Shown here in pieces: positions 16,147-24,033 of a stretch of DNA of 24,033 bases. Source of the DNA: an uncultured bacterium. GTDB taxonomy: Bacteria > Edwardsbacteria > AC1 > EtOH8. The stretch spans positions 1 to 24,033 of the forward strand of contig CAWAAX010000018.1 of assembly GCA_963780225.1 (NCBI GenBank), in the 5' to 3' direction. Made by a program: the position numbers and the translations under genes. Under the pieces are notes generated by a model. The model searched no databases, had not been told where the DNA came from, and saw only the letters and a list, made by a program, of their open reading frames with translations. Each line of letters opens with the position of its first letter. The stretch's first letter is position 1.

Positions 16147-18747
16147 TTATAGCTCCCTCATTCCCGTTAAAACCGTTTTAAAAACGATCTCGTCTTTCTT
16201 AACCTCCGCCTTCACCGTATCCCCGTCCTTGAACTCTCCCTCCAAAATCCTCATGGACAGGGGGTCCTGCAGCAACCTCTGTATGGCCCTCTTCAGCGGC
16301 CGGGCGCCGAAGGCCGGGTCAAAACCCTCATTGGCCAGCAGTTCCTTGGCCTTCTCGGTCACTTCCAGCTTTATCTTCCGGTCTGCCAGTCTTTTATACA
16401 GGTGCTTCAGCTGGATGTCCACGATGGCCGTGATCTGCGCCTTGTCCAGCCGGTGGAAGATGATGGTCTCGTCCACCCGGTTCAAAAACTCCGGCCTAAA
16501 ATGCTGGCGCATGGCCTCCATCACTTTGTCCCTCATCTTACCCTCGTCGTCCCCCATCTCGCTGATCCACTGGGAGCCGATGTTGGAGGTCATGATGATC
16601 ACCGTGTTCTTGAAGTCCACCGTCCGGCCCTGGCCGTCGGTCAGCCGGCCGTCGTCCAGCACCTGCAGCAGGACGTTGAACACGTCGTGGTGGGCCTTCT
16701 CGATCTCGTCGAACAGTATCACGCAGTAGGGCCGGCGCCGCACCGCCTCGGTCAGCTGGCCGCCCTCGTCGTAGCCCACATAGCCCGGAGGCGCGCCCAG
16801 CAACCGGGACACCGTGTGCTTCTCCATGTATTCCGACATGTCTATCCGCACCATGGCCCGCTCGTCGTCGAACAGGAACTCGGCCAGGGCCCGGGCCAGC
16901 TCGGTCTTGCCCACACCGGTGGGCCCCAGAAAGATGAAGGAGCCTATCGGCTTGTTGGGGTCGGACAGCCCGGCCCGGGACCGCCTGACCGCGTTACCGA
17001 TGGACTTCAGCGCCTCGTCCTGCCCGATCACCCGCTCCCGCAGGCGTTCCTCGATCTTGATAAGCTTGGAGGTCTCGCCCTCCAGCATCCTGGTGACCGG
17101 GATCCCGGTCCACTTGGCCACCACCTCGGCGATGTCCTCGTCGTCCACTTCCTCCTTCAGGAATTTCTGGGACTTCTGGATCTCTGCCAAATGCTTGTTC
17201 TCGTGCTCCAGGTCCTTTTGCAGGGCCACCAAAGTGCCGTAGCGGAACTCGGCCACCTTGTTGTAGTCGCCCTTCTTCTCGGCCTGCTGTTCCTCTATCT
17301 TGGCGTTCTCCACCCGCTGTTTGATGTCGGAGATCTTCTTGATGATGGCCTTCTCGTTCTGCCAGTGGGCCTTCATGGTGGAGGACTTCTCCTTAAGCTC
17401 GGCCAGCTCGGAATCAATTTTGGCCAGACGTTCCCTGGAGGCCGCGTCGTGGTCCTTCTTTAAGGCCGTGCGCTCGATCTCCATCTGCATGATCCGCCGC
17501 TCCACTTCGTCGATCTCGGTGGGCAGGCTGTCGATCTCTATCCGCAGGCGGGAGGAGGCCTCGTCGATCAGGTCCACCGCCTTGTCCGGCAGAAAGCGGT
17601 CGGAGATGTAGCGCTGGGAAAGCACCGCCGCCGCCACCAGGGCCGAGTCCTTGATCCGCACCTTGTGGTGCAGTTCGTAGCGCTCCTTCAAGCCGCGTAA
17701 GATGGCTATGGTGTCCTCCACCGACGGCTCCTGCACCAGCACCGGCGCCAGCCGGCGCTCCAGGGCCGGGTCCTTTTCGATGTTCTTGCGGTACTCGTCC
17801 AGTGTGGTGGCGCCGACCATCCTCAGCTCGCCCCGGGCCAGGGCGGGCTTCAGCATGTTGCTGGCGTCCATGGCCCCCTCGGCCTTGCCGGCGCCAACCA
17901 AGGTATGCAGCTCGTCGATAAACAGTATCACCGAGCCGGCCGCGGCCTCTATCTCCTTGAGCACGGCTTTAAGACGTTCCTCGAACTCGCCCCGGAACTT
18001 GGCCCCGGCGATCAGGGCGCCAAGGTCCAGCGATACCACCTTTTTGTTCTTCAGCGTCTCGGGCACGTCGCCGGAATTTATCCGCTGGGCCAGGCCCTCG
18101 GCGATGGCGGTCTTGCCCACCCCCGGCTCGCCGATCAGTACCGGATTGTTCTTGGTGCGGCGGGACAAGACCTGGATCACCCGGCGGATCTCGTCGTCCC
18201 GGCCGATCACCGGGTCCAGCTTGCCCTGGCGGGCCAGCTCGGTCAGGTCGCGGCTGTATTTGGCCAGGGCCTGGTACTTGCCCTCGGGATCCTGGTCGGT
18301 CACCCGCTGGCTGCCACGGACATCCACCAATGCCTTCAGGATGTGATCGCGGTTGATCCCGGAGTTTTTCAGGATCTGCGCGGCTTTCCCGTGTTCCTCA
18401 GCCAGGGCCAGCAGCAGGTGCTCGCCGGAGACGTACTCATCCTTCATTTTTTCCGCTTCGGCCTGGGCCTTTTGCAGCAGCTTGTTCAGGGCGTTGGAAA
18501 GATAAGGCTGGGAGGCTCCGCCGTAAACCTTGGGAAGGTTCTGGATCTCGGCCTCCACCCTGTCTTTTAACAGGGCCGGATTGGCCCCCATCTTTTGCAG
18601 CAGGGGAATGACCACGCCATCGGGCTGGTCCAGCAGGGCGGCCAGCAGGTGCTCCGGCGCTATCTCCTGCTGATTGGCCTGTCCGGCCAGCTGGGACGCG
18701 GCCTCTATGGCTTCCTGGGATTTGACGGTGAATTTGTCCAAACGCAT
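16147..18747 (-). CDS. clpB: ATP-dependent chaperone ClpB
   Basis: True start MRLDKFT at 18747; Clp N domain, [10 protein letters not shown], Walker A GEPGVGKT and GPTGVGKT, long coiled-coil M domain, [28 protein letters not shown]. Confidence 0.97.
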   Translation of the reverse strand: MRLDKFTVKSQEAIEAASQLAGQANQQEIAPEHLLAALLDQPDGVVIPLLQKMGANPALLKDRVEAEIQNLPKVYGGASQPYLSNALNKLLQKAQAEAEKMKDEYVSGEHLLLALAEEHGKAAQILKNSGINRDHILKALVDVRGSQRVTDQDPEGKYQALAKYSRDLTELARQGKLDPVIGRDDEIRRVIQVLSRRTKNNPVLIGEPGVGKTAIAEGLAQRINSGDVPETLKNKKVVSLDLGALIAGAKFRGEFEERLKAVLKEIEAAAGSVILFIDELHTLVGAGKAEGAMDASNMLKPALARGELRMVGATTLDEYRKNIEKDPALERRLAPVLVQEPSVEDTIAILRGLKERYELHHKVRIKDSALVAAAVLSQRYISDRFLPDKAVDLIDEASSRLRIEIDSLPTEIDEVERRIMQMEIERTALKKDHDAASRERLAKIDSELAELKEKSSTMKAHWQNEKAIIKKISDIKQRVENAKIEEQQAEKKGDYNKVAEFRYGTLVALQKDLEHENKHLAEIQKSQKFLKEEVDDEDIAEVVAKWTGIPVTRMLEGETSKLIKIEERLRERVIGQDEALKSIGNAVRRSRAGLSDPNKPIGSFIFLGPTGVGKTELARALAEFLFDDERAMVRIDMSEYMEKHTVSRLLGAPPGYVGYDEGGQLTEAVRRRPYCVILFDEIEKAHHDVFNVLLQVLDDGRLTDGQGRTVDFKNTVIIMTSNIGSQWISEMGDDEGKMRDKVMEAMRQHFRPEFLNRVDETIIFHRLDKAQITAIVDIQLKHLYKRLADRKIKLEVTEKAKELLANEGFDPAFGARPLKRAIQRLLQDPLSMRILEGEFKDGDTVKAEVKKDEIVFKTVLTGMREL

Positions 18748-18810
18748 ATTTTTGCCTTCTGTATTGTATTCAAGACAGAGGGCGATTCCTAAAAGAACCG
18801 CCCATAAAGC

Positions 18811-18839
18811 AATATAACCACAGATGCCTGTTTTGTCAA
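18811..18839 (-). promoter_or_regulatory. Sigma70 promoter of clpB
   Basis: On the - strand TTGACA (18839-18834), 17-bp spacer, TATATT (18816-18811). Confidence 0.65.
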
Positions 18840-19912
18840 GGTGCCGGTTCGTTTCTTTGGACAGCGGACCTGAGTTTAAATGTTTGCCCGGACCCGGTGA
18901 CCTCTGTCCCCAGCTTCCGGCATAATTGCCGCAGGCGGGTCTGGATCTCCCGGGCCTTCTTCCTCCCGGCCGGGACCGGCCGGTTGCCCACGATCTCCAG
19001 GGGAACCATCGAGACCGCTGTGATGGAATCTCCCTTAAGCTCCGCAAACAGCAGGGCGCTTTCCCGGCAGATCTGTTCCCTTTGGTCAAAGATGAAATTC
19101 CCCAGGCTGTAGGCGATCAGTCCGCCCCGGTAAAATTCCACTCCCTGCAAAACATGGGGATGATGTCCGTGCACCAGCCTGGCCCCGCAGTCTATGGCCA
19201 GCCGGCCCAGTTTTTTCTGGGTCCGGACCGGTTGATCCTTGTACTCAAAGCCCCAGTGGAATGAGGCGACGATGATGTCACAGGAATCGCGGATGGCCGC
19301 AATGGAACGGGCCACGCAGGCCGAGTCGGCCGGAGCTATCAGACCAGCACCATAATCCCTGGCAATGTCCAAAAGATAAGGTTCGCAAAAGGCCACCAGC
19401 CCTATCTTTTTATTTTTGACCCAAAGATATGACGGCCGGGCCAGGATCACGGTATCTCCGGATGGATCAACAATTGTTTGAGCCAGCCCGCCGTAGGCGA
19501 TGCCCGCTGTGTCCAGCACCCCGGTGCAATTAAAAAGGCCCTGGCTGCCGCAGTCCAGGGCGTGGTTGTTGGCCAGGGACACCATGTCGACCCCGGCCTT
19601 CTTTAATTCTAAAGCGGCAGTGATGGTGTCGCCCTTGAAATGCCAGGGGCTGGTGCTTTGGAATTCGGCTGAGGTCAGCGGCGATTCCAGGTTGCCGATG
19701 GTGATGTCGGCTACGGCCGTCAGCGAACAGGCCCCGGCAAAAGGGTAACCAGGGCCGTACCTGTCGGACATCCTCTTAACCCCCCGGCCCAGCATGATGT
19801 CCCCGGCCAGACAAAACCGGATGACGGGATCGCTCTGCGCCCGGACCGGAGTTGTGATCAACGTCCCCGCCAGCATCGCGCCGAAAATAACTATGGCCAG
19901 TATTTTTCTCAT
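18836..19912 (-). CDS. CapA family (poly-gamma-glutamate synthesis-like) secreted metallophosphatase-fold protein
   Basis: [42 protein letters not shown]; signal peptide. Confidence 0.92.
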   Translation of the reverse strand: MRKILAIVIFGAMLAGTLITTPVRAQSDPVIRFCLAGDIMLGRGVKRMSDRYGPGYPFAGACSLTAVADITIGNLESPLTSAEFQSTSPWHFKGDTITAALELKKAGVDMVSLANNHALDCGSQGLFNCTGVLDTAGIAYGGLAQTIVDPSGDTVILARPSYLWVKNKKIGLVAFCEPYLLDIARDYGAGLIAPADSACVARSIAAIRDSCDIIVASFHWGFEYKDQPVRTQKKLGRLAIDCGARLVHGHHPHVLQGVEFYRGGLIAYSLGNFIFDQREQICRESALLFAELKGDSITAVSMVPLEIVGNRPVPAGRKKAREIQTRLRQLCRKLGTEVTGSGQTFKLRSAVQRNEPAP

Positions 19913-19926
19913 TCTTGCGGAAGATC

Positions 19927-21009
19927 TTATTGGCCGAGCCGGGATACCGGAACAAAGTCAAATTCCTTTTTCGTTTTTTCCCCCGCCGTTTCCTTAAGGG
20001 CCTTGATGAAGGCCGGGCTGGCCGGGGCCAGGACAATGTACCGGCCCTTTTCCCGGCAGGCGCTCAGCGCCTTGTTCAATTGCCCAACGGCGGAAGAACG
20101 GGGATCCTTGGCTTCTATGACCATATCCGGCTTCAGGTAGCGGCATTCCAGCTGGCCGGCCAGTTCAAAAGCCAGGGAGCGGGTGGAGGGCTGTGGTTCC
20201 AGGAAGATCAGGCCCTTTTGGAGGCAGTATTTAAGAACAATGTTGCAGACCCGGGAATCCTCCAGCGCCCGGGATCCGGCCACGGCGTAAAACCCGGCGG
20301 CCTTGGGGTAAAGTTTTAAAGCCTGGTCCATCTTGGCCTTGATTTTCAGTTCCGAGTCATCCACCAGGATCGTGCCGGGGCCGGGGTCCTGGCGGGGGTA
20401 TCCCTTGGGCTCCAGCGGCAGGGCCGCCAAAACAGTTTTGTTGATGTTTTTGGCCGATGCCTTGATTATCAAGGTTGCCGCCTGGGGGCAGTTCAGGAAT
20501 TCCTGGGCGGTCTTGGGATCCTGGGGCGGCCAGTTGTAGATCACGATCACCATCTGCGGCTTGGCAGCGGCCGGAACGGCCTCGGCCCTTTTCCTTTTAA
20601 CCAGGATATTTACCGCCAGGGTCTCCTGGAAGGCATATCTCAGCTTAAGGGTCTGTTTTTTGCTGTCCTCTTCGACCGCCACGGTCTTTAGCCCGCAGGA
20701 TCCTGCCATCCGGCTCAGGCGCAGATTCAGCAGGATATAGGAAACATCCTTGCCGGCCGCTATCTGATAGAATGTCCCGGAATCGCTGGAAGCGGATATC
20801 TGTCTGATGTTCAGGCTGTCATCCTTCAATCCGGACAAGGCCTGGTCAAAGGCCTTAAGCCCTCCGGCCTCCCGGGCAAAGGAGACGGGGCCGGGCCGCG
20901 GGAGCTTCAACCCGCCACTCCACAGATATTTTATGACCAGGGCGGCGGCCACAATGGCCGCCAGGGCCAGGATCATGCCCCTGAAGTTGTTGTTTTTCTT
21001 TTTTGCCAT
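19927..21009 (-). CDS. Divergent polysaccharide deacetylase (YibQ-like) family membrane-anchored protein, degenerate active site
   Basis: N-terminal TM anchor; LP.EP.GYP..DPGPG.IL, A.G....GS....D, GL.FL....S..S.A...A pattern. Its ATG overlaps the upstream TGA. Confidence 0.65.
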   Translation of the reverse strand: MAKKKNNNFRGMILALAAIVAAALVIKYLWSGGLKLPRPGPVSFAREAGGLKAFDQALSGLKDDSLNIRQISASSDSGTFYQIAAGKDVSYILLNLRLSRMAGSCGLKTVAVEEDSKKQTLKLRYAFQETLAVNILVKRKRAEAVPAAAKPQMVIVIYNWPPQDPKTAQEFLNCPQAATLIIKASAKNINKTVLAALPLEPKGYPRQDPGPGTILVDDSELKIKAKMDQALKLYPKAAGFYAVAGSRALEDSRVCNIVLKYCLQKGLIFLEPQPSTRSLAFELAGQLECRYLKPDMVIEAKDPRSSAVGQLNKALSACREKGRYIVLAPASPAFIKALKETAGEKTKKEFDFVPVSRLGQ

Positions 21010-24000
21010 CAGCTTATCGTGCCGGTATATTTGTTGAGATCATAGCCTGATTCTTCGGCGGCCTGGGCATGCTTCCTGACAAACTTGAATCTCCGCAGCA
21101 TCCTCCTGGCCGCCATTATTCCCGGACCTTCCTCCAGCAGGGAGACCACCGTCTGCCAGTACAGCAGGGTAAGGAACCTTTCCCGGTTGAACCACAATAT
21201 CCCCTGGTGCCAGTTGCATCCCAATATTTCCTGGGTCCGGGGCTGGTTCAAGAATTCTTTAAATTTGCGGTCGTCCTCCAGTATCCTGTCCATAGACGCT
21301 TCCGGGAAGACCAGGTTCTCCCACAACCAGCGCATTTGTGAGGCTGTTTCCCGGGCCACGCCCCCGGCCTGCAATGCCTCTGTTGCCCTTTCCCCGAACA
21401 GCCCTATGGAGGAAGCATCACCCAGCCCCTGCTGGAGGACCTTTTCCAGCAGGAAGGCGTATAAGAACTTGTATCCGGAATCGTCCCGCAGGGTAAACGA
21501 AAGTTCTGTTTCGGAAACAGCCTTTAAATATTTTTGTCCCAGGTGCGAGGCTCTGATGCTTTTGAGCTCCGGCCCGGCGGCCAGCCTGTAAACTAATCTG
21601 AACTGGTGCTCCGTCTGCCTGATGACATCGTCATCAGCAGATAGCGGACCATTTATCTTTTCGGCTTCTATGAAATATCTTTTCAGGGATGAGTTTTGCT
21701 GTGATATCAGGGCTGCCTGCTTTTCCGGAGAAGCCAGATATTCCCGGCCGAAGTCCGCCGCCGCCAGGGGAAGGAAAAGCCCTGATACTTCTTTAAGCAC
21801 CCCGGCCAGCTTCAGCTCCCACAAGGCCCGGCCCATGTCCGGCACGCCCCGGCCCGACAGATGCCGGCACAAATTCCCGTATCCTTCCCCCTCTACCTTA
21901 CGGAAGGAGGAAAGCAGATTATACTGGTAACCATTCAGGCTGAAATACAATCCTTTCTCGGCCAGCTCACCGGCCGACTTGATGTATTCCATGCCCAGAA
22001 CCTCGTCCCTGAAGATGTACCAGCCGCCGGGCGCCAGCCGCAGGCGCTGGGCCAGTGTGCTTTTCCCGGCCTGCCTGTCGTTCTCATCCCGGCGCTGGCT
22101 GACCGTTTCCCGTATCCATCCCGCCGCAGACTGTAACCGGTTGTTGTAAATGAACAGGGCCTGTTCCTGCCCCTGCCCGTTGGAGTAGGCGAAAATATCC
22201 GGATGGATGTGGCCCTGTTCCGAGACCGCGTCGTAAAAGGCGAACTGGTCCACCCCGCTGAACAGATAGCGCTTTTTAAGCAGGGGAAAGATCTCCCGCT
22301 GGTGCCGTTCCATCAGGCCGGGATCCTCGGTCTCGTTCCGGTAGGACCGGCCGTACTCCATCCCGTACTTTTCGCCAAAGCCCTCCAATTGTCCGTGGCC
22401 GAACAGCGGCAGGCCGGGCAGGGTGGCCATCATGGCGCAGACCCCGAAATACTTGTCCCCCCTGCCGAAGTGGGCGGCGGCCGGCTCCTCGTCGGGGTTG
22501 CTGAGGAAGTTGACAAAGCGTTTCAGGATCTCGGGGTTGAACTCCAGCACGTTCCGGATCACCGTCCGGTAGTTGGAATTTTCCTCCTTCTTCAGCATGT
22601 TCATGAAGGCGCTGTTGTAGACCCGGTGCATCCCCAGGGTCCTCACGAAGAATCCCTCCATCAGCCAGAAGGCCTCGGCCAGCAGCAGGGTCTGGGGGGC
22701 CTCGGCGGCGATGCGGTCCACCACGGTCCGCCAGAACTCGGCCGGGAAGGCCCGCTCGAAATCCTGGCGGGACAGGCCCTGGCCGGCCCGGGAGGGAATG
22801 TCTCCGCCCGAACCCGGCTCCGGGAACCACAGCCGCTGGTAATGGTTCTTGGCCAGGGTCATGGCCGCGTCAAAGCGGATGATGGGGAATAGCGGGCCAC
22901 GTGCAGGATCTTCTCGATCACCGCCTCCCGCACCGCCGGCAGCAGGAAGTTCAGCTGCGCGGTGTCGTTCCAGGGCATGTGGGTGCCGTCGTTGCCGTGA
23001 TAGATGTAGCGGGTCTCACCCGTCGCGAAGTCCACGCGCTTGAAGACCACCGCTGCATCCGGGCGGTTCCAGTAGTGGTCCTCGAGAAAGACGCCCGAGC
23101 CCGGGATCCTCCGAAAGGTTCGGGACCGTTGAAGGTGTAGACGGGAAACGGCGGCCAGGGAGGGCCAGGAGGAACCGCTCGGGATGCTCCACCATCCAGC
23201 GGGAGTCGATGCCGGTGTGGTTGGGCACCATGTCGCTTGCCAGCCGGATGCCGCGCCGCCATGCCCGCTCCTTCAGGTTCTCCAGGGCCGCTCGCCGCCC
23301 AGCTCGCCGGCAATGACGTAGTCGAACAGGGAGTAGGCGGAGGCCTCCGCCTCGGGGTTGCCCATCCTGCGCTTGATCTCGCGCGAGGCAGGGCTTCGCT
23401 CCCAGACGCCGATCAGCCACAGCGCGGTGAAACCCGCGCGGGCCAGGCGGTCCAGCTCCTCGTCCGGGACCTGGTCCAGCGGCGGATCTCGCGGCCGTAC
23501 GCACGGGAAAGCTGGTCCAGCCAGACCAGGGCATTCTTGGCCATCATGACCGCGGGGGCATCCAGTCCAGGTCCGGGGAAAAGGCTTTCGGCTCGTACTG
23601 CAAGGCTTTGGCGCCTGCCCGGCTCCGCTGAAATCCAGCACCTGAGACGGTCCCGGACCGCCGCCCCTCATCCGCTCCTATTCCCGGATGATGTCCAGCG
23701 CCAGCAGCAGTTTTTGGAACAGCCGTTCCAACACACCGGCCAGCAGGATCTCCAGCCAATGGCGTTTGATGTAGTTCAGCTGGTCCGTCAACGAATGGGG
23801 ATGGGCCCTGGCTGGGGCCAGCAGCAGTTCCACCAGGTTCTGGTTGAAGGGGCCGAGCCCGGGCTGTCCCGAGAAAAAGGTCTTCAATGATTCCGTTAAC
23901 TCCGGGTACCGGCTGTTCTGCCGCAACGGCAGGTCGCCGAACAATTCACCGAACGGCTCCAGGGCCGGGTTCTGGTTGGCGGTCCACAGCAGCAACATTT

Positions 24001-24033
24001 CCTCCAGGGAGATCTCCTGGTGGGGCACCTTGG
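21009..24033 (-). CDS. GH13 alpha-amylase-family protein, 5' end outside the window; multiply frameshifted in 22860-23680
   Basis: Joining frames gives LWLIG.WERS, SAYSL.DY, DMVPNH, W.DTAQL, IRFDAAM (nucleophile), LLAEAFW (acid/base), FLSNPDE, TLPGLPLFGHGQ. 21009-22862 is uninterrupted. Confidence 0.85.

Noticed and set aside
18748..18835. CIRCE/HAIR/CtsR heat-shock operator upstream of clpB
   Set aside because: Only a partial half-site (ttaggaatc on the - strand) with no matching second arm.
18748..19089. 114-aa N-terminal extension of ClpB in the ORF track
   Set aside because: It overlaps the CapA gene and the clpB promoter; the conserved ClpB start MRLDKFT is at 18747.
1..24033. CRISPR array, tRNA or rRNA genes
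   Set aside because: No regularly spaced repeats with unique spacers. The ggttcga at 5514 resembles a T-loop but has no cloverleaf and belongs to the 29-bp repeat.

Overview
Bacterial chromosomal segment with a GC-rich housekeeping backbone interrupted by AT-rich accessory inserts. The + strand carries serS, an AT-rich type II restriction-modification island (HindVP-family endonuclease, C5 methyltransferase, Vsr), two GNATs, an AlaX-type editing protein, a small membrane protein, a PAS protein, a SRAP protein, dnaG, rpoD and a TtcA-family gene. The - strand carries a GH13 alpha-amylase-family gene (heavily frameshifted near the window end), a degenerate YibQ-like deacetylase, a CapA-family protein and clpB. 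The most notable structure is the ~3.4 kb between convergent ttcA and clpB. It holds three cargo genes plus diverged, synonymously substituted copies of the 3' ends of both flanking genes, as if two alternative ttcA-cargo-clpB alleles were stacked in tandem. Many intergenic spaces carry small repeats from several families, including a nested palindromic element and a 29-bp exact inverted copy 6.2 kb apart. No rRNA, tRNA, CRISPR array, integrase or transposase was recognised. All family calls come from motif recognition by eye, not database searches.
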